Source: Dipteris shenzhenensis
Lineage: Eukaryota
Length of the DNA stretch: 64,000 nt
Strand: one strand, 5' to 3'
NCBI GenBank assembly: GCA_047967505.1
Contig: CM106538.1
The notes below the pieces were generated by a model. That model was not told where the DNA came from and did no database searches. It was given only the letters and a program-made list of their open reading frames with translations. Position 1 is the first letter of the stretch. Each line of letters starts with the position of its first letter. Made by a program: the position numbers and the translations under genes. This document shows positions 13,181 through 26,010 of the stretch, one piece after another.

Positions 13181-14465
13181 CACTCTTTCTTTGATAAATG
13201 ATGTTTTATATTATCTTTTGGTCATTATCCGAGCATGTGTGTCTTCTTTAAGATATACAATTTGTTTTTTGAATAGTAAATGCTTGCAGCGCTTGCAGGA
13301 TATGCATGCATGCGTTGGAGTATCTCGAATTGTGTCAATATATGCACGCACATGTTTTGTAGGAGTTTCAAATGTTTCGGAGTACTTCGCCAGTGTTATG
13401 TAATCATTTCTTAGAGATGTATGCTTTCTTTTTTTGGTTGTCGAATCGTTTTGAACACTCGGAGTTATCATTGCTTGTGTTGTTTCTGGAGAATAAGGAC
13501 ATTGCTTGGTTCTGTTGATGTTCAAGTTGTGGGTTCTTTTCTCAGTGTTTGGATTGTAGCATCGTCTCTTTTTTTTAAGTTTGAGATTGTACATTTAGTC
13601 GTATCGACACGTATTGCAGTCAATGGAAACTTTTCGTGTAAGGTGCGCACTATGTCATTTGTTGAACTGTAGTTGTTTGTTTTAATAATGTCCTCCAAAC
13701 TAAGGACCATGGCTTTTGTCCAAAGAGTGTTCTTCTTTTTGATTGGTTGCACCATGCTTATGTATGTAAACATTTCAGGATGTTTTATTATAACTTGTAC
13801 TTCTTTTGTTTGTTTTGGAAGCTTTGTAGGCACTAAACTATCATATTTTATTTCATTAGCATGATACGTTTTCAGTTTAAAACCGAAAGGGTTGAATAGA
13901 ACATGTTGCAAGAATAGGTTGTCAGCACAGTAGTAATAATGATCATGTAGCAATCCTTGAAAGTATTCTTCAGTGTTGTTGATGTGCGAGTAAAGCTATT
14001 TAAAGAGGCATGATTCAATGAATTGTAGCCCCCATTCCTCCTGTGGAAATGTAGTTGTCTGTAGCAATTTGTATCCTTCGGAGTAAACTAATTGTTTTCG
14101 TGCTGTATGCATCATATGAAAGTGCAATATGTAAGATATGCATGTAAAAACACATTTGTTTTGTGGATAAAGGTTGTAGAAAGAGTTGTCAATGTGAATT
14201 TCTTTTGAGGAAATGCACTAACTTTCCATGGTGAGAGCTGCAGGGGAAGTTTGTACATAGAATGCTGGTGTCTGAAACTTGATTGTGGATGTGATGAGAT
14301 GCCTTTTGTAATCGCTCGATGAATGTGTGTACCACAATTTGATTAGTATCTAAAAGTAGTAAAGTGAAGTGTTTAACTGTATTGTCACATGCTATTCGAA
14401 GATAACATGTTAGCTTAACGAAATTTAAGATATATTTTTAATATAGATGGTCTTTATTATATATT

Positions 14466-14497
14466 CCTCTCTCTCTATCTCTCTACCCCCCTTATAT

Positions 14498-14540
<43 letters not shown>

Positions 14541-14568
14541 TATTCTTTATCTGTATCTATTTTATATG

Positions 14569-14613
<45 letters not shown>

Positions 14614-14707
14614 CCTATCTCTCTATCTCTATCTATGTTAAATGTATTCTATCTCTCTCTCTCTACCTCACTCTTTATTCTCTCTCTCTCTTGCTCCCTC
14701 CATCCCT

Positions 14708-14740
<33 letters not shown>

Positions 14741-14760
14741 CTCATATATATATATATATA
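14466..14760. repeat. (CT)n/(AT)n compound microsatellite
   Basis: Long CT runs, C runs and a terminal (AT)n. Confidence 0.95.
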
Positions 14761-14764
14761 GGGA

Positions 14765-16143
14765 AACAGATAACTGCAATGTGTCAAAGCTATCCCTTAG
14801 CATAAAATAGCATCTGCGTGCTAAATGTCCATCAATAAAGCATCCCACAAGGCAATCTAGGCCTATCAGTGCATCCAACAAGCATCGCAATGCATCCAAA
14901 TGGCCTATAAAGCATACACTGTAACCTAGTGCAACCACGAATGAGCACTCATGGCTCAGACTACAACCATAGTGATCTGCATAAAGTATATCCAAAAAAT
15001 CACAGCCCGACAGCAATGACCGCTAGTGAAAATAGAACTTGGGATGCCTCAAAACATGGGCATCACTGCATAATCGGACTCAGCAAGACAATATGCAAAT
15101 ATCTCTCTTCTACGGGAACTCCAAAATCTCATCCGAGGATGGAGTAAGAGCGAATCAATGCTTGCATTTACTTGCAAAAACGAACCTTAGGTAGAGGGGT
15201 AGCCTTATGTGCCAATGGCAATCAATGAGAAGGTCTTGGAACCTTTGAGAATTTTCTTACAAAGAGACGATGCAAAAACATTGAGAATCACAACTCCCTC
15301 GATTCTTCAAGGAATGGAAAGAAACTTTAGATAGATGTTTCAGGCAGCCAACGGGACAGACAACTTTGCAAATAAAGGCCCAGATGTTGACATCCCACTT
15401 ACACAGGAAATGAGGAAATGAAGACAGTGGAGTAGACAGAGCTTCACCACAGCTTCAGAACTTCATGGAATCAGAAGCAACTTCACAGGTAGAAGTTTTG
15501 GAACGCTCTAAATTGACTGGGAGTGTATGAACTGCAAATGGTGGCATGGATATGGAGATCCAATACACGAATTCTATGCACGAAATTGAATTTCGTCACT
15601 TTTTGCAAGAGTTGTAACTCTTCACTGATTACAACTTCACTGAAAACTCTGATGATAGAGACGTAAAAACAAAAAATAAAGTATTCAAAGTCTTCTATGA
15701 CTTTGCATTTGATCTCAGGGCAAGATTAAGCATTTAGAGAAAGATATCTTCATCACAAGACTCTCATGTTTAAAATAGACTGTCCTTTGCCTCCAAAACC
15801 ACCTACTGCTGTGCTGACTTGCAAAAAACCACTTAGAGAACTTTCCAAAGGTTTTTGCAAGGTCTATGTACACCAAGATGCAGGTAAAGTCATCAAATAG
15901 AGCTTCTCCTTCCTTCCATAGAGCTATAGCAGCAGACTTTGAGCTCCAGGCTCTCACTTGGGCTCAGCTAGAACACCCACGCTCTGATACCAGTTGAGAG
16001 ATCCCAATGGAAGTAGAATGGAAGAAGGTGAGAGAGAGGGAGATCCTAAAGAGAGAGCCATGCAAGTTCTGGTGGGTGCAAAACACCCTAATCTTCTATG
16101 TCATCCATATATATATGCATTTGAGTATTGTACATGACAATCA
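14765..16143 (-). mobile_element. LTR retrotransposon 5' fragment: short LTR, tRNA-iMet PBS, non-coding-looking internal region
   Basis: GCTCTGATACCA at 15981-15992 is the reverse complement of the canonical PBS TGGTATCAGAGC. An LTR-like segment with a TA-rich box lies at about 15995-16143. The extent of the internal region is uncertain. Confidence 0.55.
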
Positions 16144-16264
16144 TCTGTTTCGAAAGAGTCCCAAATCTCCAAAAAGGGTTGCACAAGAAAGAAAAAGCTC
16201 TACAATGCAAGGACTTGTTCTTGTATATGTAGACATAATTTTCTATTATCAAAACGAAGCATTG

Positions 16265-17220
16265 TAGTTGAAATATTAAATACGATAAAACATTGACAAG
16301 CCATTTAAGAATAAACTTTACATATTGCTAATAAGACATTCGCTTTGAATAAAAACAAGCCATATTTACAAGAGTATATCATGTTCTTTTGTTAAAAGCA
16401 AATCATTCTACTTTCGAAGGATAACAAAGTAAAAAACAAGGAAGATGCATGGTTGTTAGATTTACAGGGTAAAAAAGTTCAAATACTTGTAGTAATTTTT
16501 TACATTAACACTAATTAATGAGTACTTATATGAAATTTCTGTAAGTGTATAACTAACTATTATGAGAATAAATAATCGTACTTAAAATATTAAGTAGCAT
16601 CAAAATTTGATAAACCATGGAAAAGAAAGAGTAAAAGAGTTTATGTGCTTGAAGTAATTACTTGGATTATTAGAGCAATTAATAAGTACTTATTGGAATG
16701 TTTTACTTCTTAAAATTCAAGCATTATGAGCACGAAATTTCTATGGGTATGTGATTTGAAATTTTAAATACGATAAAATATTGAGAAGCCATTTAAGAGT
16801 AAACTTTCTATATTGCTAATAACACATGAAACAAGAAGAAATGTCAAATTTTTCTGCACTTTAAATAAAAATAAGCCATATGTACAAGGGTATATCATGT
16901 CCTTCTGTTAAAAGCAGATCATTTTACTTCCGAAGCAAAACAAAGTATAAACCAAGGAAGACGCATGGGTACTAAATTTATAGGCTAATAAATTTATATG
17001 AAAATTTTGTAAGTGTATAACTAACTATTATGAGAATGAACCATCGTACTTAAAATATTAAATAGCATAAAACTTTGATAAGCCATTCAAGAATGAACTT
17101 TACATTACATATTATTAATGAGAAATGAAACAATAAGAATGTACAAGCCTTTTCTATGTACAATTTTTTTTTCTTTGTATAAAAACAAGACATATTTACA
17201 AAGGTATACCATATCCTTTC
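16265..17220. repeat. AT-rich degenerate tandem repeats (3-4 units of about 0.3-0.5 kb)
   Basis: aaatattaaata..ataaaa..ttga.aagccatt.aaga.t.aacttt recurs at about 16271, 16760 and 17052, with a partial copy at about 16583. Confidence 0.8.
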
Positions 17221-17415
17221 AAAGCACAGCACTTTGCTATTGAAGCAATAAGTCTCTGTGGTTCTTACAAAGAAATAAACATGGTGGAGTATTCCTGTAC
17301 AATGAAAAAGTGCGTGTTGAGTGTGTAACCGTTTGCTATACAAGAGCAAAATCACAAATTGAAAAACCACATGGCACTATAACACACTGTGGCAGAAGCA
17401 TCATGATCAGAAGGG

Positions 17416-19008
17416 CTAGGCAACAACATTCCGCAACGGAATAAACCTTGCAACTGCACCATGCATATTGACTAAAAACCTGCCTTCAATTTTCTTGTCG
17501 AAGAGTTCGAACTTCAGGTACTGCGTGTCATCCTCCAGCATCTCAATAAATGGATGCGGTAAGTCCAAGACTTTATCAACCCAGATGTCTTTCAACATGA
17601 TATCTACAGTTCCACCATCTAGACTGGTAATAATGCCTTTCACCTTTGGAATTTTCTCCAAGATCGTAACTTGGTTGCATGTCAGGCAGCATGCTACAGT
17701 GTTGTCTTTTGAAAACTTTCCTTCTTTACAGATACTGCATACGGGTTTGTAAAGTGTTGAGTTGATTCTATGACACTAAGCGCACTAGTCACCTTCACAC
17801 AAAATGTTGACAAAGTAAATTATCAATAGAATCAGATAAATCCACTAAGTATCGCAAACGTTATAGAGAAGTAGAGCGTACTTGATTGCCGTAGCCAATT
17901 TGTTGAATGTGTTGGTGGAAGACACGAGCCAACCTTGTAGAGATAGATGGAATTCGAGCTGGGACCAAAATGGTTTGATCTAACATGTTTAGTGCGATGG
18001 GCTGGCTGTTCTTCTTTATCCCAACATTCCTTAGTATAAAGTGACAGAAATCGACAGCTTTGAACGTTTTTGCGATCTTCACATAGTCCGAACGTTTGTT
18101 GCTCCAAAATATCAGCTGTTTGAAACAAGGAAAAGTCAAAATAGGTTTTGTAAGGACAAAAGAGAGGTTAAGATCTACTTTATGCATAATGGTTGGAAGA
18201 GAGGTAATTGCAATAAGCAAATACCATTATTAAGTCCTTCGCATCCTCACCGTCACCAACAATCAGCTCATCCATCTGTCGGATTGAACTGCCAAGCTGA
18301 TGACTGTAACTGCAACTGTTGCCAAGGGGAGATAATTCACTTGGCCTTTATTTATGAGCTCCTTACATTCATCGTTGTACTTGCAAATGGTTGTTGTGGG
18401 AACAAACATTGGATTTAAGATAAATGGCTCAAACTGTTCGATCCTGGTGGAAGGATCAAAAACCAACGTGAAGTCAGCAATTCCTTTGTCATTCCGAGTA
18501 TTTCTATTGCATACACAATAGTTGGTTATTCTGATACAGTTACCAACATTAAGGGTTTTGAAGAAATCCGCATAGTAGACCTTGCCTATTGCGAGGGTGA
18601 TACAGCCATTCCCCTCTCTGTCAGTAAGATCTAGCTTTAAGATTTTGGGATAACCGACATTTTGTAAAGTCCATGTGCCATACTTGTTAAGAACTCTCCC
18701 TTCAAATATTCCATTTCTAATGGATAAGTCAATTTCATCATTGATAGAGGCCTATTAATCAGAGAATACTCAGTGTCTGTACTTGCTTGGTCCGATGATT
18801 CTAAGGATAAGATATTGGGAGATCTTTGATCCTTTGGGGACTCTAACTTTATTCTTTTATCATCTCTCCCATCAACATTCGGAAAGTAGCGCTTCACGAA
18901 AGATTTATCAATGGTTACGATAGCACTAGTGAATAATTCTACATCAGCATCATAGTCACTAGTGCCTTCACCTTGGATGAAAGAGTTGCTCATCTCTGTA
19001 AAAAACAA
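17416..19008 (-). pseudogene. RPA70-like OB-fold ssDNA-binding protein (frameshifted), probably Helitron-associated
   Basis: GIFEGRVLNKYGTWTLQNVGYPKILKLDLTDREGNGCITLAIGKVYYADFFKTLNVGNCIRITNY...DFTLVFDPSTRIEQ aligns by eye to RPA70 DBD-A. The C-terminal YKPVCSICKEGK...CCLTCNQ resembles the DBD-C zinc ribbon. Confidence 0.7.
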
Positions 19009-19266
19009 ACATTGTTCTAAATTTCATTATAAACTAGATACTTTAAATTTAGCTTATAAACCATTCATCATGAAAGTACTACTTCCACATGCAATTTTTA
19101 AATTTAGATTTTAAAATACGTCTCGCAACAGCACTTTAAAAAGATAAAACTTAAAGATAAAAGGAAATTTTTAGCATATATATTTGAAGCCTCTTCCAAC
19201 ATAACATCATAATAAAAAACAAATAATAAGATATTCTAAAATTATTATATTGACACCTTCTTGTAA

Positions 19267-19530
19267 CAAAGTTTACTTGGATTTTATTACTTTTAGTGCT
19301 ATGTACTACATGTTCTATACCACTTAACTTGAAAGTGATATGTACAAACTACACCACCTGGCTTGAAAGTGATATGTACAACAAAGTTTACTTGGATTTT
19401 ATTACTTTCAGTGCTATGTACTACATGTGTAATCTATACCACTTAACTTGAATGTGATATGTATAAACTACACCACTTGGCTTGAAAGTGATATGTACAA
19501 CAATATGTATACTGTGTACTACTTAGCTTG
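19267..19530. repeat. About 115-120-bp tandem duplication with internal cttgaaagtgatatgtacaa subrepeats
   Basis: caaagtttacttggattttattac occurs at about 19268 and 19382. cttgaaagtgatatgta-like units occur four to five times. Confidence 0.85.
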
Positions 19531-20751
19531 AAAGTACTTATAAACTCTGAAAAACCTAATGCCCTTGCGGTTTCATAGTACCAGGGCTTAATCATACTCT
19601 TGTTTTTGGTTTTCTTATACTTGACAACCTTTCTCTTATGTGTCTTCTTCCTAGCATTGATGGATCTCAAGTTTGAAGATCCATCTGGAGATGCAGTCTC
19701 TGGAGTTAGAAGTGACTACTAAAAAGTATAATTTCCTTTCAACGCTTTGTGTTCAGCTCCTAAGTTCTTAAGATGATGTATAGACAGTGCACTAGTTTCT
19801 CAGCGCAACCATAAAGCTTGAATAAAAATAACTGCATGACAGTACAAAATATTATAAGTCACACATTAAATACCTCACATAGTTTAAGTGAAGAAGCCAT
19901 TCTATGCACATTTCATTTATTATATGAAATTCAAGAATATCAAAGCATGAGTTACCATGTAGAACGAGTACCGAGGACCAACGTGCAATCAATTCAACAT
20001 TGGGATGAACAAAACTAGGTATGCATGCATTCGTAATATATGAACCAACAACTGATGAATCTGAAATATAAAACATTTGAGTTATAATCTAGTGCTGAAA
20101 GTTCATTGTTCAAAAAAAACCTGCTGGTAAATTACGTCTGCTATCTTTGGTACGTCTTGCAACTGCTCCAGGTAAAAAAAGAGGGTACAAACATGTACAC
20201 CAGCAGCTGCTCGCTGCTAATGCCACCCAAAAAGCAAAAAAAACTAATTGAAACAAAAAGCCTTTATATTATTCTGAAAGCCACTCTTTACATCCAAGTT
20301 GTGAAAGCCACTTTGTATATCTCTATTCTGAAAGCCACTCTGTACATTGACATACACTTGGACTGTAAAAATTTCAAGGATGTAAGAGCATGACATAGAA
20401 TCTCCATAAGATAATTATAAGTAAACGGCCATAAGATCATGGGGTACAATCAACAGCTCGCATCTAAGTCTTTACATTTCATTAATCTACATGAAACTCC
20501 TAAAGTAATACGAGATACAAGGCACACCTAGTAGTAGTATTGCGTGATGTGGACTGTAGCGGCCATTAGTGTCTCTCTTTAGTTTAAATACCCAATTTTT
20601 CCATGTGGCACGCTTCCTAAGTGTCATTATGAGAATTCAAGCTAACTCAGATTTTATTTCAGGCCGAAAATTAGATGGATGAAAGCAATAATTATGTATG
20701 GCCATCATCTTTATGGATGAAAACCGATGCATTTCCCGGAGTAGGCATCCC

Positions 20752-22005
20752 CTACAAACATGTTTGGACAATCATGCTTGACTGCACTCAACCCTTAACG
20801 GGGCTGCAGATTTCTGACCTGCAAATGAGTCAAATCTATTCACAATTGATTGCAAAAGAGAAATCCAAGTTGGAACAGCTGAAAACTCAGATATAGCAGC
20901 ATGTCCCAGAGGCAAAACTAGGATCCAAGCCTAGGAAAACAATGCTGAACTGCCCGGAACTGTCTGAACAGCAAAGAGAGTTGAAATTGACCTGAAAAAT
21001 TAGGCAAAACCTCTAAAATCTGGCGTAACCAGTTGCAAACAGCCCCAGGTGACTATTGACAGCTCTAAAATGTTTACAACAACTTTAAATGTTGCAGCAA
21101 AGATCTAAAATCCAGCAGGGCAGCAATCGCCTGCAAAACACCTTCAAGGGAGAAGCGCGCACAAGAGAAACTGGTCAAAGTTGCTCTATGAACAGTCACA
21201 CAGCAAGAGGCAGCTCAGAAAGACTTCAGAAAGAGTCCCAAAGCTCCAGAAACGGTCGCACAAGGAAAAAATAGCTCTTGGAATGCAAGAATTGGTTCTC
21301 CTATGTGCAGAACGGGTACTGATGATAATGGATGCTGCAGAGTAGGCCAACTAAAGCTGTAGCTCACACTTTCGCACGACAGACTAAGATAGGAGCTACT
21401 TTTTGTGATTCCCTAAGAGGGCTATGTAAGGACAATAATTATTTCGATCGATATTGTCGGTGGTCATTTTTTACATTTGGAATGACTTGTTGTTACGAAA
21501 CAGAAAGGTTTGCGTTTCTAATAACCAAAGTATAAGGAGGAAGACCTTACATGAATGTCATCACACTCAGTGTGCACAAACATGTTTGGACAATCTTGGT
21601 TAGCTGCAATCAACCCTTAACAGCTGCAGAGCAATCCAAGTTGGAACAGCTCAAAACTCAGATGCAGGAGCACTAAAACAGCTCCCGGAGGTAAAGCTAG
21701 GCTCCAAGCCCAAGAAAATAGTACTGAATATCCCCGAACAGCAGTCTGAACAGCAAAGAGAGTCAAAATGGACCTATAGCCCAAACTGACTGTGGATAGC
21801 TCTAGTCACACAGCAACAGGCAGCTCAGAAAGGCTTCGGAAAGAGTCCCAAATCTCCAAAAAGGGTTGCACAAGAAAGAAAAAGCACCTACAATGCAATG
21901 ACTTATTCTTGTATATGCAGAATGGATACTGACAATAGCGGACTGCTGCAGAGAATACCAAATATAGCTGTACCTCACACTTTCACACGGCAGACCAAGA
22001 TAGAT
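20752..22005. repeat. Diverged direct duplication of a 0.45-0.65-kb module (partial copies at 16149-16233 and about 25320-25465)
   Basis: acaaacatgtttggacaatc at about 20754 and 21576. Shared blocks aatccaagttggaacagct, tctgaacagcaaagagag, aaagagtcccaaa and ctcacactttc. Confidence 0.85.
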
Positions 22006-22324
22006 CTTGCGTTAGTCCGATTTTGAAGAAATTTTATTAGAGCAAAGCTCTCTTGAAGGCGCATGTTTCCCTGACAGGGGTATGTATGACCAATAATCAT
22101 TTTACATGTGGCAAAATGCAAGCAGTGTCAAGTAAATAAGGTAGAATGCCTAAGATTGGAAGGGTTTTCACATCCTCTAGACATCCCTGGAAGGAAAATG
22201 CGAGGGTATTTCCATGGGGGGAGATAATTAAAGTCCTACAAAAAATAGTGAATAATAAAAGTTTTAAGTGTGTAAACATCAAATATTCAAAAACTTTGTG
22301 TGTGCCTCATGAACCTAGAAGAAG

Positions 22325-23532
22325 TCAAACACACAAGGAAAAGAGAACACTAGAAACTGTAGGACATGCTTATTGGTGACAATCAAGTTCAAGTAACCTC
22401 AGATGGATCAAACACACAAGAAGAAGAGAGCACTACAAACTGTAGCAAAGAAGAGAAGTTCAACAGATGTGTTGACATACAATCAACCTGTACAAGTTTG
22501 AAGGACAAAGAACCATAAAATGGGCTGCCATTTGGATAGCAGATGAGCTGACACATGGCTCTCACATAGGGTTGGATGTAGCAGCAGATGGTTGCCACAT
22601 AGGCAGCAATGTCTTCATGAAGATAGGGTGGCAGATCTGCAGCAGAGAAGGTTGGATCTGCTGGACATCGATCAGGCCTAATACGTTGTTCTATACAGGC
22701 CAGCAGAGGGCAAAGGAGAGTGATGCATGGAATAGAAATGGGCCCAGAATGTGAGTATAGAGTGGCAGCGCTATTGGCATTTATAGCTCCAGCCTGTGCT
22801 TGGCCAGATCAGCTGTTTGGCCACCAAATATCCTGGTCTTGGGAACTATATAGAGGCAACATGCCAGTCAAACACACAAGGAAAAGAGAACACTAGAAAC
22901 CATAGGACATGCTTATTGGTGACAATCAAGTTCAATTAACCTCAGATGGATCAAACACACAAGACGAAAAGAGCACTACAAACCATAGCAAAGAAGAGAA
23001 GTTCAACAGATGTGTTAGACATACAATCAACCTGTACAAGTTTGAAGGACAAAGAACCATAAAATATAATGTCCAGAAAAGAATCGTAAGTACATGACCA
23101 TAAGATCCATGGCTCGAAATCAATGCCACCGTGGGCAGATCAACATGGATATTGTCCAACATTAGGGCTGCCATTTGGACAGCAGATGGGCTGACACATG
23201 GCTCTTGCATAGGGTTGGATGTAGCAGCGGATGGCTGCCACATAGGCAACAATGTCTTGATGAAGATAGGGTGGCAAATCTGCAGCAGAGGCCTGATACG
23301 CTGTTCTATACAGGCCAACACAGGGCAAAGGAGAGCCATGCATGGAATAGAAATGGGTCCAGAATGTGGGTATGGAGTGGCAGCGCTATTGGCATTTATA
23401 GCTCCAGCCTGTGCTTGGCTAGATCAGCTGTTTGGCCACCAAATATCCTGGTCTGGGGAACCATATAGAGGCAACATGCCAGTCAGGGCCCCTTGGGGAA
23501 CCATATAGAGGCAACATGCCAGTCAGGGCCCC
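22325..23532. repeat. Tandem duplication (about 540-660-bp units) ending in a 40-bp tandem repeat
   Basis: gtcaaacacacaaggaaaagagaacactagaaac at about 22325 and 22867, and the units differ by indels. ggggaaccatatagaggcaacatgccagtcagggcccc occurs twice at about 23455-23532. Confidence 0.9.
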
Positions 23533-25789
23533 TTGCTAGAGCATTCATCTGAGATCCACTGAAGCTCATAAAGGTTTGAAGGAGTACAAAGGTAGAGTCT
23601 TAGATTAGATCCACTTTGGAGTGTTTTGGTTGTTCTTTACTGCTATTTTGAGTCCATTCTTGTGGACACATGTCATGCGAAGGGTATGGTAGAGGAAACA
23701 GTCTCGATACTCGAGACCGTCAGAGGAGTCAAACAGACTCAAGAATGAGGTGACAAACTCTGCGTGAGCCTTCACTATAGAGACTATGATAAAGATGATG
23801 GTATGACGAAGCTACAAGACCGCCGAGATCACTAGGAAGCCCTTACTGAAAGTAGGAATAAGGCGATCTCATTTGTTTACTCTGGCCTCCTAGCGAGATA
23901 CACGAGACCCTGTGGATCACATGAATAATGGCGTAGCGAAGAAGATCTCATTCGAATGCTACAAGAGCAAGACAGACCCGTTACACTAATCGCCTGGATC
24001 AGTCAGATTGAGAATTAAATCACCATTCATCAATGAAGGATGGACAAGAGGTCGTGTTTGCTTGTATTCATGCAACTGAGTGGTGAAGTAGTCATATGGT
24101 GGAAAAAGCGGTGCCTGAATACTCTGACTCACACTGAATCAAGGTGGCCGTCTATAGCTGGAGGACCCTTTGTAGGGACATCAAGAAGAGATTTCTGCCT
24201 CCACAGTACATGGTCTGACTCAAGGACCAATTCTTCAACATGACCTAAGCTTCCAGTGAAACAGCTAGCTATTATGGTAGCCAATTCACTTAAATATCCA
24301 TTCAGCTAGGAGTCGATGATAATGACAAGCTCCTCAATTTTTAGCATAGAACTAGTGGCATTCATGCTTGCATAGAACTTCAAACTTAGGCATAGGGCTC
24401 AAGTTGAACATCCCGTGGCATGTTTGGAGTTTCGAACTAATGGCATTCACACTCGTGCAGAACGTCCAGCTTGTGCAAAGGGGGCAAAGCCCTTGAGCCC
24501 AGCATCAATTAGGCTCTACCTCTCAGTCAAGCTAGGAGGTGAAAGTAGGAATAATGCCCCAAGAAAAAGCTTTTTAGTGGGAACAAAGGGGATACCAATT
24601 TTGATAGAGCCCTTGCTTCTCACACGGCATATGAAGCGGGAGTGCCGTCGTCTAAGGATTCTGTTCCAGTAGCTAAAAACCACATCTGTGGTCATACCCT
24701 TTTTCTATGCATGCTTGTAGACAATGTCGTGGTCCCTTGGCCTAAACTCTGAACGTACCATGTCAGATAATGTGGAGAGCTTACTTGCTACAACCAACTC
24801 CCCATAGTGGAAGAGTTCTCAAAGATCACACAACTTTTATGGTAATCACTCACTCCGTGTACACAATAACATAAGAGACACAAGCACAGATCTGAGAAGT
24901 GCACAGCATGTAGAATACTCAAAACAGTATATAAAGAATTCTCCACAGAATGACAAGCCCTGATCCAAACCAAGATCTCAGTGTAATACCATTGAGCAGC
25001 AAGGTGCTGCCTTGATGTGGACCCTTCTGACTTGCAAAGTGCTATCTTCTATCTCATCCTGGCACCTTGAATGTTCTGTCAGCCTGTATGCTCTCCAATG
25101 AGATTTAGTGGGCTGTAGGATTGCTTTTGGTTCACCTTCTGTGGGGGGACAGCTGTCACCGCTCATCCTGGCCGCTCAGCAGGCTGACTAGCAGGCCAAC
25201 CTGCACAGCATGCTGACCTGCCACAATGTGGCATGCCAATTGGAAAATGCTCTCACCGGGCCTGTTTCTGACCGCTTATAACATGGAGCACCACTAAAAC
25301 ACCCTTTGGAGGTAAAGGCACAGGTTCCAGGCCCAAGAAAACAGTGCTGAACTGCACCGACCAGTCTGAACAGCTAAGAGAGCCATAATGGACCTCAAAC
25401 TAAGACCAAATCAGGGCCAAAAACTGATGTAAACGTTGCCTCAAATAACTCTTGACAGCTCTAGTAGAAATAACTGTTACAGCTTAAACAACAAATAGAA
25501 TATAGGAAGAGAGAGAGAACTTTAAATATATTATTCGACCAAACAATGGGAAAAACACAGCACAAATTGAGCACAAACTATCCCAACAACATGGGCAAGA
25601 TGCTATGGTTGCAAGATTTAGTAAAGCATCCAAGGGATTGGTGGTGGGCATTTTGGTACTGCCATCACAATGCTCTCTCTATACTTTCTTTGCACACTTT
25701 GACCACCACCATAGCCTTCACCTCTGAGCTTACACCCTTGAAGCTCAATTGGAATCAAAGACGGTGTGCTTAAATCTGTTAGATTTGTG

Positions 25790-26010
25790 GTTCCTCCACC
25801 AAAGGTGAGTCCTCTACTAGTGGTGACAAAAAGAAGGGCGGCAAGAAGAAGTTTTAGGGAGAATGCTTCTACTGCAAGAAGAAGGGCCATGTGATTGCAG
25901 ATTGCCGGGTCAAGAAAGCAGATGAAAAGAATGGTACCTTGAAGAAGACAGATAAGGGGAAAGAGACAGCTAACACAGCGTTGGATCTATTTCTGGCCAT
26001 GAATGATAAA
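25790..26010 (+). mobile_element. Copia-type gag fragment with CCHC zinc knuckle
   Basis: KKKF*GECFYCKKKGHVIADCRVKK (CX2CX4HX4C at about 25864-25905). Confidence 0.7.

Larger units (their letters stand above)
8460..14217 (-). mobile_element. Decayed Helentron/HLE2-type rolling-circle transposon (Rep - PIF1 helicase - AP endonuclease)
   Basis: Colinear minus-strand motifs: TPTHACISC; LGRPTLFMMLSCAE; KFQNRGSQHEH; YSATTYCTSYMTK; GGTRAGKT; DGLVNG; TIHRSQG; SLNTRSL; NLYRSP; EDFNID; YWTDH. Many stops and frameshifts. Confidence 0.9.

Noticed and set aside
22932-23508. Overlapping 97-135-aa ORFs on both strands
   Set aside because: They lie in a duplicated repeat, are not preserved between the two units, and show no recognisable motif.
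23600-25170. Possible decayed LINE endonuclease on the minus strand (MNGDL, ACF-like words)
   Set aside because: Motifs are too eroded to support a call without a profile search.
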